In this document: positions 12,311 to 26,260 of the stretch, in pieces
How the letters are laid out: every line of letters starts with the position of its first letter
Position numbering within the stretch: position 1 is the first letter of the stretch
Assembly (NCBI GenBank): GCA_977016875.1
Contig: CDRNST010000110.1
Coordinates: 1-64,000, forward strand
DNA length: 64,000 nt
Reading direction: 5' to 3'
Origin: Pavona decussata
Lineage: Eukaryota
Notes under the pieces: generated by a model
Databases searched by the model: none
What the model was told of the DNA's origin: nothing
Seen by the model: the letters and a program-made list of their open reading frames with translations, nothing else
Position numbers and translations under genes: made by a program

Positions 12311-15300
12311 ACTTCAAAACAAAGTTGAACGCTTGTGATCGACAACTGACTTTTTTCTTGTGCTACTCAAATGAAAATGACTGATGTTGACATCGAATCA
12401 TTAAGAAAATCCACCTGGTAAACTCATGACTTTATATACCAGTGTAATCCATATAAGAACTCGTAAATAAAATTCCACTGTTCGCTATACAGGAGCATTA
12501 TTCTTTTGCTGTACATTTTACTTCAGTTTTCAAAAATGAATAAAACTGAATTTTGCCCAATTTCTAATTCGTGCATGTACTCAAAGGAGTAAAAGTTGGG
12601 ATTCATTTCTAATCCGAAACACAGCTTCAAGTCACTAAACACAAACATTCTGCCTAGATTGTATCAAACCCGCAAGAGATCATGATTATTCTCTTTCGAT
12701 CAAACCCTAAAACAGCCGCCTAATGGTGAATAAAAGGTTGGGCACAAAAGTCGACAACAGTGGCAATAAAACAGTATGATGACTGGATAACTCGAACCGA
12801 CAATTGCAACAATAGTTGACAGCAATAGTTGTCATAACTGTCAGCAAAACCTCGAGCTTTTGACTTCCTTAATAATCGAGTCTCTTAAAAACTCCTACAT
12901 ATTAACTGACATAAACACAGAACTCTCGGGAGTTTGTACTCATTGATTTCTGTAGCTAGATAAACTACCTAAACATTTGTACTAGAAATTTTGGCGCCAC
13001 TTAAACCAATGATTTAAACAGAAACCAATGATTTAAATGATATTATCTAATGTTGTATCTGTTTTTGCGGTTGTCGGTAACTTTAAGAGCATCATCAATG
13101 ATTTACTGACATTTTCAAGTTTCAAAGCAATTTCTCTCTAGGGTCGTTACACTGAAAAAAATCGGTTGAAAATATGATCTGCGAACGATTTCAAGGATGC
13201 AACACAGAGCCACCCTACCTGATTCAGCTTTTTTGTTTTGTTTCACCAAATATAAGTTACTCGCTTAAACAACAATTTAACTGACGAACTGAAAAACATA
13301 AATATTTGTTTTTAAAGTCTAGCTCATCCGATGTCTTACTAAAAATAACACACGATATCCACTGACTGATTCTCCAAATATGATAATTGTAATTGATAGA
13401 TCTCTTTTCAATAATTCAATACATTGTTACTAGACAGTCGACTAAGGCGCATGAAGAAAATCGGGAAACATGGAGAAAATGCCTTGATCATTATGAGTAA
13501 CCAAATTCTCACAACAAGCTTTGAAAGGTTCTGAATTTGCAAGGAGTTAAGGTTCAAAACGACGCATGAGCTGTAGGTGATTCTGTTGACAGCTGTTGCG
13601 TTTAAAGTGACAGAAATGAAAACAAAAGGATTTTCTAAAGAAAACTAAAATAGGGTGATTAACATTTCCTTTTCATCAAACAAAGCATATTAAAACCTTT
13701 GAAATTTTTTGTACTTTTTTGGACCACACGCAGGGTGTTTTGGGTGAATTCCAACGGGGTATTCAGTCTCTAGGCCCCAAACACTCCTTGAGTAACTCGT
13801 TTTTGCGTATTTGTAAAGTAGTTTCGTGCCGGTAGTGAAGATGTTTTAAAGTTTCTGGAAGAATTGCACAAAATATGCCGGATTTGGCCTGAATTACAGC
13901 GTTCTTCCCTGACACGTCGAGGCATTCACAAAAACTGTCCAATTTTTACTAGGTTTAGTTAAAAAATAATCATGAACTTTTGTGATCTATACTAAAGCTC
14001 ATATCATTAAGCAAACACATCTGACAGGAAGCATCTTTTTAATTGGAAACCGCTTCAGTTTGCCAACCTTTTCCGGCTCTTTAAACAAAAGGTCAATAAA
14101 GATTTAAGTCACGGTTTGCATTAGAGCTGATCGAATTTTAAACCATAGGACTTGTTAATTGCTTATTCGACTGTGAGTTTTTACTTTGTCACTTGAAAGA
14201 ACAAAATTGGTTTTAGTTTTCGCAATGTCAGTTTTTCCTATCATCTATTCTTCCTCTGTAATCAAATCAAATAATGTTTGATCTTGCTCTTCGAATCAAT
14301 TACAAAAGTCGAACTTATTTGTCCGCAATTCAATTTGCCATCGACAACATATTTAGAGTCCTTCGCTCTTCGCAGCTCTTGGGGTTCTATCTTAATTGCA
14401 ACTACACGTCCTTGGCGGGGGATTTTATTGAAGGCTTTCAAAACAAGAAAGAAAGGGCTCTGTTTTCAAAAAGTTTACTCCTTAAAGGTTTCATGTCTCT
14501 TTTCAATCCCCTCAGCTGTCAATAACGACTGTCAGTGAGGCAATCTAATTGACCTGGATCAGGGATTAACATAAAAGGTTAATTACCAAACATACTACAT
14601 TGACTTGAGCTCTGTCAGACCGCCCCCGGCGCCAGAATTGTTTCCGTCGATTTATCGAAGATTCGACGAGTTTATCGTTTAGCAAATTACTTCGTCTCCG
14701 AAGAAGAAACCCGGAAGATTTCGTGGTTTGTGATACACGAGAAATCGCACGGAATTGCCAAGGAGAATCTGCGAAGGGGTTGACAGCAAGTGCGAGTTAG
14801 CAACTTAAATATTTGGAAAAAATAACATTGAAGCTTGCTTTGAAGGTACGAGGCCGCAACTATCGCGATAATTACTGTCAGGTATGTTTTGTTAGAGGTT
14901 GTATTTATCAGAATGCTTACGATTTTAAAGAAAATTTAAATAGGATAGCTAGATACAGACACTGGCTGACTCAAAGTGGCGCTGGAAACTTATTGTTCTC
15001 CTGTGCAGCAATTCAATTTGGAAAGGACCACCCTCTTTAAACAGAGACAATGAAAAGTGATCGAAATAGTAAATTGTAAAAAGAAAGCGGCTTGCGCCCT
15101 GGAAATTCTTTCCCCATCACAGTGACCGCGTAGAATTCGACCAGTCTGCCTCTTAAATTGAAAGCACATGTGAAGATCAAGCCGGATTGGGAAAACTACT
15201 GCAAAGTTATTTTTGCACCCTAGAAAAACCAGGCAAAATAGTTTTGTATAGAACGCGTGAATATTCAATAAATCTATATTTGTTTTTTTAAAAAAAATAG

Positions 15301-17832
15301 GTAAAATTTTCAATTTTTAAATCAGAAGTGGCTTTGTCTCAGTGGCTCAGCGAGATACAATCACACAAAGTGTCAAAGTGAGAACGTATTTTGCAACAAA
15401 CCTCTCTGACTACCAAGATTTATATATATATGTCGTAAGATTTACTCATGCTGAAGAAAATATTTATTGTAATCTTGGATCTTGTTTATTCTATTTTTAA
15501 TTGCTAGCTTCACACCCAAATATATTTTTGCAATGTCGATGCAGAAAAAAAATTAATACCATGAATGCAGTAGATAAACATATTCCAGAGATCGCTTCTT
15601 TCGGCAACTCTCGGATCACCCACGAACACAATATACAACGCTGGCAGAAAAAAGTATGCTATTAAGAAATTTGTTTTTAGGTTTTGATGCGCAGTCGTAA
15701 AAAAAGAGTTTCCATCCGGTTTTCAGTTAAAATAACAATTGGGTTCTGACCTATTTTAGCGTTTACAACTCTTGAATGGCGACTCAATCAAGCTGTGTTG
15801 TCCAGTACAATTTTACACCGGTTTGTCATTGCATCTCGACATTTTGACAAATGAGTGCTAGAAATAGTATCAGCTGCCAACAACTTCCGTTCGTACAGTA
15901 AGGATTGATGAAGCGGATGACAAAGCGGTGATCGTACCACATTTTGGATCAGAAGTGTATGTAGTTTAGCCTGTTCAATGCGTTGATATTGCAGGGGCGC
16001 AGCGAAAATAGGTGTGCGAACGATATCATATTGCGGGCGGGAATAAAGGGGTAGGGACTGTCCTGGCCTTTATCATTCGCTCCCATCGTAATTTACTTCG
16101 TTCCGCTGTCCAACTACCTGAAAGCCGCCCCCGGATTATTTATAGTCTACGTAACAGGCGCTCAAGGGTAAAATTTAATTTAGAGTATAATTCTTTGCTG
16201 TTGGACGCGCGTGGGTAGTAAAGAAGAGTCCTCACGAGACATAATTTTTTAAAACTCTCTGCCCCGTCGTCTTATTTTTTAATTTTTATATTCTAAAAAT
16301 GCACTTGCGCCAGTACAATATCCAAGTTATATAGCTTTTGCCTTAGTAGAGACCGTCGGATAGAATCATTTAATTAATAGGATATGCGTATACAGACCTC
16401 GTCCTCGTTACTTTAGAATATGAATAATTAAGAATTATCACTGAGGAATCCAATCCACGACTAGTCGTGGGCCCTGCAATTAATCACAATTAATCACCGA
16501 AGTGGAAGTGAATAGTGGTAGATATCCGCGGGTCGGTACTGAAATATCTATCACTTTTTCAATGCAAAGAGTAACTCAGGCCAGTTTATACAAAGTCTTC
16601 AAGGGTAGAACGGTCTCCCGCCCAGATAAGCTAAACTTGGCGCGCCAACTTTTCATGTTTTTCCCCTCAAAACGCTGCAAACTGTTTACAGGAGAAACTC
16701 AGTTCTCCCTGTTTGACAGATGATCCGCCTGCTTTTTGGAAGGTAGGCGATCTGGCTAACTGAGCGCGAGGCAACTTTTGGTGTAATTCACTGCATGCAT
16801 GATCCTTCGGACTGTTTTATAGCACCTCTAAGCAACTTATTCGGTCTTTTTCGTGTTTATGGTGCGTCAATGTTTTTCTTTGTCGGCACTCAAGGGCACT
16901 AGTTGGGTTTTGAGAAAAAAGGGGACCGCAATCATTATTCCAGACACCCCCAAAAGCGATTCCTCTCTTTTAAACGAATTTATGGCATAATGAAATTTAA
17001 CAATTAATTCATTTTATTTTCATGTCTGGCCGCGGGATTAACACTTTGCGCGAGAAGTCAAACTGTATTAATTCGATCAGTTTGCCTGGTTAAAATTTCG
17101 GTGTCTATTGATAGATTACCAGGCTCAAACAAGAAAACACCTTTTGTCTTGTAGCCATGCAGTGAATGAAATCTGCCCCCTGGCGGTCTTTCTTTCTTTG
17201 CCTCGATGCATTTTCTTCTGGTAGACAGCATAACTTCGAACGCATGCGCAGACGCTCTTGTTTGGGGGAGGAATGCGTGACGGGCCCAAAGAGCGTATGT
17301 GTAGGAGGCTATAGATACATTGGACGGTTTGAAATCAAAATTTTATCGCTAGCTGACAAATGAGGAATTGTTTTGCAATTAAATGTAAAAGGAGAGTTGT
17401 GCTTCAAAACTGCACAAAAATTTAATCATCAACTGCCAAGGAATGTTGCTTCATGGTCCCTCGCGTATATATAAAGAGAATAAAAATCACAAAAAAACAC
17501 GGAGAAAACCAAAATAAAGTAGTATATTTCGAGACGGGATCTCAAAGTATTTCAGCGTCAAGTAGAAAGCTATAAAACCCTCCTTGTTTTGGGTACTACC
17601 AATTCAAAAAGCTATTTATCCAACTAAACCCTCAAACGAACCGCCATCATCGTGGGGTGTGCAATAGGATAAATGGAAACTTGATAATTATGTCTGATTC
17701 TCAAACTTGATTCGGAGGGGTAGGGGAGTCCTCCTCGGAATTTTGTTGGGAGTGTCCGGCTTGGTTCTCCAAACCTCCTGATCCTCTTTCAGACCAAAAT
17801 ATGTAATTTTCTGGTACCAATTTTCAGACCTG

Positions 17833-18072
17833 AGGGACCAGTTGTTCAAAGCCCGATTAAGCTAATCCTGGGTTAACATAAACTTTGATTCAAGGTAATG
17901 ACTAATCAATAAAGATTCTTCGAAAAGATTTTTATCCTTTTGTTTTGACTTAGACTTTTCGTTACCGTTAGCTTAAAGTTCGCTCTTGAAAACATTTAAA
18001 TTAAGCGAGATGAAAACCTCGGTTAATTTTTAACCTGGTATTGGCGTTAATCGGCTTTCGAACAATCGGGCC
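17833..18072. mobile_element. PIF/Harbinger-like MITE, CTG TSD
   Basis: TIR gggaccagttgttcaaagcccgattaa...ttaatcggctttcgaacaatcgggcc, with ctg on both sides. Confidence 0.75.
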
Positions 18073-18107
18073 CTGGCCTCTAAAATTCATACCCATTTTC
18101 AGACCAG

Positions 18108-18360
18108 GGGAGCTTACCATTTACATAGAAAACCCAGAAATCCCAGTTAGAAAATCAAATGGTACGCATTATTCCATTTGGACTACTTCTGAAATTATGG
18201 GCTTCTGGTCAAAGTGCTGCATTTTTATTGCTCCTTTTGGGATTTACAGCTAATGTTCATAAATTTTGTATGTTATCCATCTTCTGTTAAGACAAGCTAA
18301 GTCATTTCGTATTTATGCCGAAAATTTCCATCCGGGTGGTTGCGGAAATAGTAAGCTCCG
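18108..18360. mobile_element. PIF/Harbinger-like MITE flanked by CAG/CTG
   Basis: TIR gggagcttaccattt...aaatagtaagctccg. Confidence 0.7.
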
Positions 18361-21300
18361 CTGGTCTCTAGAATCCACATACCCGTTTCTGTAAAATCCA
18401 TACTTTTTTCAGGCTTTCAGGTTAAAAAATGGTTAAAATCTACACCCCATTTCAGACCAAAACGTCTAAAAAACCATACCCTTTGGCGCCGTAAAAACCT
18501 GTATATAGCTTATAAAGGGTAGTACCCCACCCCCCCCCCCCCCCCTCGCTCTCTGGGATTTGACTACCTGCCAGTTTCTGAGCAGTGAATACCAGAACTA
18601 AATGAATTGCGGTACTTCAACAAAGTTCATAACCAGTAGACATCGGAGGTGTGTCGGAACGGTAGCTGCATGGTGCCCTCATGTACGACAAACATGTGCT
18701 AGCCGGCACTTTTATGTTCCGACGAAAGTGCTCGTTTTCTTGTTGAATCTCTTGAACACGAACATCAGTTCTTTGAGTCAGAAAAGAGTGTAGAATTTGT
18801 AAAGGCAGCGGTTGTTAATATTCGCTAAATACGTAGAGAGCTTTAGACTGAGAAACACGGAGTTGATTCCTATTTGGTACCATGAAATCCCAGTAATCGA
18901 TGTAGTTCATTCTTTCTCACGATTCACACCAGCGCCGGGACAGATACTCACATACTCAACCTATTTCGGGCTTGTCTAGATGAAAACAGAAAAGCAACAA
19001 ATGCAATGCGGAACATTGAACAAGGAACCAGTAATCCAATTGAGAATGTCGATGATTTCGTGTCGCCATGGCGGTTTTTTGTTTTTGTATTTGTTTTTAT
19101 TTTCTCTTTTTGCGTAACATTCCAACATCCTGTAAAATTTTTCTAGTGATCAGTTAAAATGAAGTAAAAAGAAGGAGAAAAAAAACTTTCATGTGTTAAT
19201 TGGATCTCCAAACTTTCACTTCCCTCGAGGGAAATCACTCGAAATTTATACCAAAGGAATGACGCCGCAAAGAGAAAACGCCGAACGGAAAACAAAGGAT
19301 TTCGTCCTCCCACGCGAACAGTCACTAAAAAGGCGGAGATTTTAGTAGCTTCAAGAACCACACAAAAGGAAACACACACCCATTTAAAACAAGGCTGTTT
19401 TAAAAGACAAATTACGTGGGTTTTCACAACTCAGAACGTGACAACGCAGCATTCGTGGAGACCGTGACATGGAATAGGCGTGGGTTCATTAGGGTTAAAT
19501 GCGTGGTAGACCTTAATCATGAAATGCCATTCTTTAGAAGTTTCTTACTGCATGCACGTTTTTTGAAACATCCAAACAGCTTTCTAATGGATCATAGATT
19601 ATTTTAAGTCTATTTTTCGTCTTGGGAAAAGCGTTGTATGCTACGCGTGTCAGTACCCGAGCGCATGGCCGTTTCCGTCTCGTGCCAAGAGTTGATGTTT
19701 TTAGGGTCGGAAATCGTCTCCCCAAACAACTTAACGGCGATTAGGAAACTCAGGTTCTGTTGGTTTGCGTCGCCGGTGTCCCTTCATGTTTTGATAGACT
19801 GCGGCGGACAAAAACAAGGGGAACCCTAAGCCGATGAACGTAAAAGTCTTAAAGAGAATTAAGCCTGTTATTTCAGACTATCGTGTTGGGAAATTTGCTT
19901 GTGCCGATCTCAATGCACTTGGTGGGATCCTGTGCTGATAATTAAGTCCGGACAAAATTTTACCAGCCGGTCAAAACTTCATGTCTCTCTGCTGGAACTC
20001 AGTTAATTTAAAATACACTGTTGGGAAATGAGATCGAGAGGGAAAAACAGGCAATATTGAACCGTCTTTGTTAATGACAGTTTTCGGCAGAGTTCGTCTT
20101 TTGCCGAAAACCACAATAATCTTTTGGAAACACTGCATTCAATGACGAAAAAACAAAATAAACGAGATTTTTGATCAGTATATTTACTTTGCTGGCAAAA
20201 TGATCTCCAATTATCCCTCAATAAGTGAGTATTTGTAAATATTGCATTTCTCGTTCGAAGTATTGATTCAGTCTAACGGAGCATTTGGCGTTAATTACGG
20301 TTTGGTTGTTTTTCATCAGGTATTTGTAATTGTAAATATTAGGCTAGTTACAAAGTCACGCAAATTCTTGTCTTACAAAGCTCGTGAAGATGCTTTAGAC
20401 TCAGTTTGTAGAGCCCGAATCAAAACATCTAAGAGAATGGAAACACACTAACTTCTTCCTTCAATAATATTTATCGGTTCCAAGATGTATATGCATCTCA
20501 GGAAAAGAGGCCGACCAAACACATTGTTTAGATTCCTTAGTAAGTCCTAAGCGGAAAGCGGAAGGGGGTCATGTTAAACACCGCAATGATCAACGGAAAT
20601 TTTTCTTTGCGTCGGTCGAAATCATTTCGTTTCACGTTTAGTTTGGTTCAGCTGTTTGTGTGCGCGCTATACTTGTGGCGTTCTCGTTGGAGATTTGATT
20701 CAATCAAATGTTTTTCCAAGCTATTCAACCAAATATGGAGATAATTGCGTGGCGACGTCATCTTGCTTTGTTATTGAGCCAGTCAGCGTAATGGGATTAC
20801 ACTACAAAGGAGAATTAGGTGGATTGACTATCAAGAGATTTAGCACTGTTGTGTCCGCCATTCATCAGAGGTGCCGCGCTGCAGGCGCGCTTTGAATACT
20901 TTGCCTAGAATTGATTCTTGCTGAATTCAACGCAGGGACGCGTTCCGGAAGGTAAGAAAAAGATTAACAAAGATAACTTCGCTTAGGGTAAGGAGATCAA
21001 CAGCTGTTTGCTTTAAAACTGGCCAAGCATTGCTCGAAAACAAAACTTGAATTTAGTTTTCAGCAGTTTATACAATTACGTAAGCATCGTTTCGCATCAA
21101 ATACAAAGTATGTGGTCCTTCACGGATGGAGGTGCTCTGTTACGCTCGAATCCGTATGTGTACTGAACTTAGGGTTATTAACAAATTCGTTGCATTATTT
21201 TGTTTTCATAGAGTAATGTTTTCGAGAGTGATAATGATAGTATTGCATCGTCCACTTGAAAAATGTAATCTTGGAACATTAGGCCTATTTACGCGGATCA

Positions 21301-24137
21301 AGTGTGATTTAGTGCGCCGAGCAAAAAAATTCCAATGCCTGTTTTTCGCTTCGTCCTTTTGGGAAATCTGGGGGTCCATTTCTTTCAAGTGCAAACTTAC
21401 TGAACCAGAAAGGCGTAAATTGTGTTTTTTCTGCTGTTCTTTTTGTGTGTCTTAAAGCATTGATCAGTATTTAGTTCGGTTTGTTTTGCGTTGACATTTC
21501 ATTACGGATCAATATTTGAAGTTTTCAAGTTTTCGCCCAGTCTTTTTCGCCCCCGCTTCGTGGCCTAGTGTCCTTTTCATCAACTTTCAAGTCGGCTGTA
21601 AAGTGTGTTTATACGAATGACATGAAGTAAAAGAAAGATTAAGAATTAATAATTATATGCGTTTAGGTAAAGGCGCCTGAAAAGTTGTGGCTTTTGGAGA
21701 ATCCCTTGGGGAAAGACAAACTTTAGTAAAAAGACCGCAGTTGTTGTTACTGGCTTGCGAACATTCTTTTTTAGCAAATGGTTGGTGAAACAATGCCCTG
21801 TAGATTGAATGGATCCATCGCTTGTGACGGGATAATTCAGCAAATTGATGTAAACTGTGTGTTTGTTATTTTGTTCAGTTTCTTATGCTATGTACAATAC
21901 ATAAAACATGTTAAATCGTACATTAGGAGCATAATGCCCTGTGTAAATGCTTTATATTGATCGAATTGTTTTTGCTCGCAAACACCGCATCTCCTGCGCT
22001 AATTTTTCAAATTTCAAAATTTGAAAAAAAAAAATAAATAAAAAAAATGGAGAATTGTACAGTATCGAAATCTGGTTTTTCATGTGAAAGATCATATCTT
22101 TTGGTCTAACTAACCCACAAGATTTTATGTAGACTCGCGCTAGTAAACAACGATATCAATTAGTAGACCTGAATACACAGCTCAACATCTTTAATTTCAA
22201 TAGTTACACTTTAAAACATATTTACGAGACTTCCTTTGTAGAGAAGGACAGGTCAAAGCCTGGTCAAAGGAAACTTTTTCAATTTACAAAATCAGCGTTA
22301 AAATCCATGGAAATCAGAGTTTTCTTTTTTCCGGTTTCGTTGAGTCGCTTTTATAAACCGAGAACAAAGCTTTATTTGAAATTGAAATAATGTTAAAATA
22401 AAATTAAAATAAAATTAAAATAATGTTCAGTTTTGGGCGGTATTAGGAAAGAAATTTAGAAGGCTAGAGCTTCGATTCCCTTTGATTTAAAACAGGAGTA
22501 TGTCTGGAAATGATATGGTATAAATAGTTCAAAATTCGCACACGGCAGGAAAGACCCTCTTCAGAAACTTTCGAGTTTTCCGTGTATCAGCCGGTTTGAT
22601 TTCTCCGCTGGTTTCCGGTGATTCCAGACATTTATACAAAGAACGTAATTGAACATGGCTCAATTCTTAGGTTTTTGCACGGAACCACAACAGTTGAAAA
22701 ATAAAGTCAATTAAGAAAGTAAGTTTACTGCTAAATGAAAAATGACTCTGGGTTTACCACTGTTTCAGTTTAAGGCCCTTTCATCTAATTTTAACATGTA
22801 CACCAAGATTTTGAAAAGCTAAGACAACGTACCTTTAAAGGCGCGAAATCCAGGAGTAATGAGTTTTAAAATGGCCGGAATGGATAAGCAACAGGAAACC
22901 ATTAGAAAATAAAAGTGACGGGGACGGAAATGGAGGAGAAAATGCATTAAGAATGAGATATGCCATTGTCATGTCTTCTTTTTTTGTTTTCAAGTTTAGT
23001 GCAGCAAATTTGCACTGCAACCGTTTTCAGGACACACAATTCCTTTAAAAAAGCCGCTTTATAATTTAGTTTACATGGTCAGATGGAATACTCGTAAATA
23101 GCGGGCGGTATTTTTCTTTTATGCAACACTTGTATATATACCACTGTCCACAATTAATTTCGCGGGGACATTCCGAACAAAAATGTTTTCAAACAACTTT
23201 CACGTTGGAGTAGAGTCAAGAATGAAAGGGTTTTTGTCATGGTTGCTGCAAAGGTTGTGTGTGATTTGTTTGACAATCGAGTGTTGTATAAAAGAAAGGA
23301 ATTAGAAAGAAATTTAGTGCAGGAAAAATGGTAGTAGGTGACTGATTACTTTGGCGCAAAACGGGACAGCTGCTGAAGGTCTTGTCGCGCCACATTGGGA
23401 AAAAAACGTATTATTTATTTTTAAACAGAAATTTTAATTTGCTTAACCCCCAAATATATCAAAAATTAGAATGAAAGGATCTATACTTATCTGTTTTCCT
23501 ATATATAGAGGTGATTTGTTTTGTTTCAAAATATTTTAAAAGCCGAGCCACATTTTTATTCATCTTATTTTCGCTGTGTAAAGTTCTGGACTTCTAAATT
23601 TGTTCAAAGAACGCCGGGATAACTTTATCCACTGGATAAGTCGCTACCGCACGCCGGCCCACAGGCTGGGGCAAAACACAACTAAATTTCGCTTCTGAAA
23701 CTCAACATTCTTTCTCGAAAAAAAAAAAAAAAAAAAAACAGTTTTAATGTGGGCCACCATACATCCGGGATATAAATTGTGTTCGGAAAATTCTCCGTAG
23801 TAGTCCAAGAAATACAGTATTACGAAGGGTGTAGACAATATTAAATATAGAGCTGCGCGGAGATCTTGCCATTATGCATTACTTGGAGTAGCTTTGCTCC
23901 ACTGTATAGCGAAAACGCTATCCGCTCTTTGAGCATCTACAACTGGGGCCCAATGTCAGTGCAAATATAGCCGAATACAGTTAATGGCAAAAGAAAAGCG
24001 GCATTAGAAATTACTCATTATTTTCAAAAGGACTAGAACTATACAAAAATAGGGAAAGGTAATCTTTAGTCACTTGAGCACAAATACACTCGTCCCGGGC
24101 ACTACGTCTTTCAGCCCTGCGCTATTTTACAAGATTT

Positions 24138-24640
24138 AATAAGAAATTGAAGTTTTACTCCATGTTTAAAACTGACTCTCACAAAGCTGATTTTTTGAAC
24201 ACAATAAACAATCCCTCTCACAAAAAAACGATAAATAAATTTCGTCTCGGAAATCATCGATTACGGATTGAAACTGGCAGACACGCAATACCCAAAACCC
24301 CAGAAAATCTCCGAATTTGCCTTTTCTGCCACTTAAATGAAGTTGAAAATGAATTGCATTTTATACTCAATTGCCACCTTTACGATAATTTACGTCCAAA
24401 GTTTTTTGAAGACATAATAAAAAAATATCCTCATTTCAATGATTTTGACGATAATTCTAAAATCATTTTTCTTTTTAACAATGTTGATCCTAGTATTTGC
24501 AGACTTACAGCCGCTTATATCCATTCATGTATGGATTATAGACAACGTTAATTATTTAATTTAATGAGAAGCCCTTTTGTAATTTTAGGTAATACCATGT
24601 ACTCATGCCGGTGAGAATACCAAATAAATTGTTGTTGTTG
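24138..24640 (+). mobile_element. 5'-truncated non-LTR retrotransposon (RTEX-like): C-terminal CCHC zinc-knuckle ORF remnant, 3' UTR and (TTG)n tail
   Basis: ORF 24147-24551 reads FRLGNHRLRIETGR...CLFC...ENELHFILNC..Y..LR. It is followed by aataaa and a ttgttgttgttg tail. Confidence 0.85.
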
Positions 24641-24645
24641 TAATG

Positions 24646-24892
24646 AGGTGACGTTACACTGCACAACTTTTAACGACCATTTGTTAACGCAACCGATGGC
24701 GCATGGAGAACCTTTATCGTAACAGTATGTAGTGGCAACTTGTTGCAAGTTTTTGAGGACAGATAAAGAACTTCAAGGCAATGTGTTGCCGGAACAAATT
24801 GCTTCGTTACAAATTTTCGGGCGCTATGTTACGCGATAACAACTTTCAATGCAACAATGTTACGTCAAAACTCGTTCCTTGTAACACCATCT
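24646..24892. mobile_element. Degenerate Harbinger-like MITE
   Basis: Imperfect TIR aggtgacgttac...gtaacaccatct with internal gcaac/gttgc motifs. Confidence 0.5.
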
Positions 24893-24895
24893 TTA

Positions 24896-25167
24896 AGGAT
24901 AAGTAAAAGGGCAAGATTTTCTTGTAACTTGTATCGTAACAATAGCATGTTACGTTGCAAGAACTTTGCGATTGCTTGTTGGCCGTAATACCACCTCCGT
25001 GCGCAACAAATTTTCCTGTTGCAGATAGTAGAGACGCTTCTACTTTTTGCAACATGAAAATTTGTTGTGTGCGGAAAATACGGACAACAAACAATCGCAA
25101 AGTGCAACGCAACATTTGTTGCCCGGCAAGCCGGTTGCAAGAAATTGTTGCCCGTATTACTTGGCCT
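24896..25167. mobile_element. Harbinger-like MITE with TTA TSD
   Basis: TIR aggataagtaaaagggcaa...ttgcccgtattacttggcct, with tta at 24893-24895 and 25168-25170. Confidence 0.7.
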
Positions 25168-26117
25168 TTAGTACCCGACAAAACATCAATATTAATTTAT
25201 TCTGATCCATTTGCGATTCTCTAGATTTCTGTTTGGTTTGTGATGACGTCTTAAAAGACATTCAAGACAGCAGCACTCAAGAATTATAGTACACGCCAAA
25301 GGAATCTACGGGCAAGTGAATTTGTTGAACAGAAATAGGTGAGTGTGCGATACTGGAAAATATTTAATCTGTTCATAAGGCATAGAACTTCCTGGTTTTC
25401 TGCATTCCGTACATTACAGGATGTTTCGCAGAAATACCTTCTTTCCTCAAATAGTCGCGGACGGTTTACTATCTCTATGCGTTTCACTAGGATCGAATAT
25501 TTAAGGGAAGCGATTGTTCGAGATAGACTTAGAATGTTTTAGGGAGAATTATTTTGGGACGTTTAATACTTAGGATGAGTATCTAGGGGACAGCTATAAA
25601 ATGGGATAACAAGATGTAGAATACACCATAAATGTTCTCAATACGTCTCACTGACAAAGAGCCTTTAATTTCGCAGCTTTGTCAAAAGAAAGATACGCCA
25701 GTTATTTACAATATAACTCACGAACCGTGGTTTAGAATGTTTGTACATGTATTTTCCAGGGGAAAAAAATAACGAAATCGGACTTGAAGCCTTATTAAAG
25801 CTTTCGATCAGCAGTCGTTTTTGCGTTTTATCAAAATTGTTTTTAAATGTGTGAAGTTTAAACAAGTTTCATCGTTGTGTACATTTCTGTCTGTTTTCGT
25901 CCCACATTCTAACAACCACTACTTTGTTACGCTTTCCCTCTTCCGGGGAGTCAACCTTGAAATTACGTGACAAAAATGCCACCTTCTTTGCTCGATGCAG
26001 ACGTCTAGTTTAGTTCTACGCAAGTTAGCGAATTGTCCTGAATTCCGTGAGTACGTTTTCTACAAAAGAAATGTCATTGGAAAATAAATATCTCCACGGC
26101 ACGCACTTCTGTCTTGT

Positions 26118-26260
26118 AACACTTTAGGATTATTTCCACATAACAAAAAACGAGAACCACTTTCTACAGCATAATAAACAGCACCAAAGGAAAGTACTGC
26201 TCATGCAGTAGCTTTCATTTGAGTGGTCACACTTTAGGATTTCGTCCCCAGACGTAAAAG
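26118..26260 (-). repeat. 106-bp repeat family copy
   Basis: cagcataataaacagcacc...gctttcatttgagtggtcacactttaggatttc. Confidence 0.8.

Larger units (their letters stand above)
17717..18545. mobile_element. Non-autonomous element with G-run/C-run ends and ttttcagacc subrepeats, carrying two nested MITEs
   Basis: ggggtaggggagtcctcc...gtagtacccc(c)n ends and repeated ttttcagacc motifs. Confidence 0.6.

Noticed and set aside
24147-24551. Host zinc-finger gene
   Set aside because: The motifs and (TTG)n tail match the 3' end of a non-LTR retrotransposon ORF, and the listed start is TTG.
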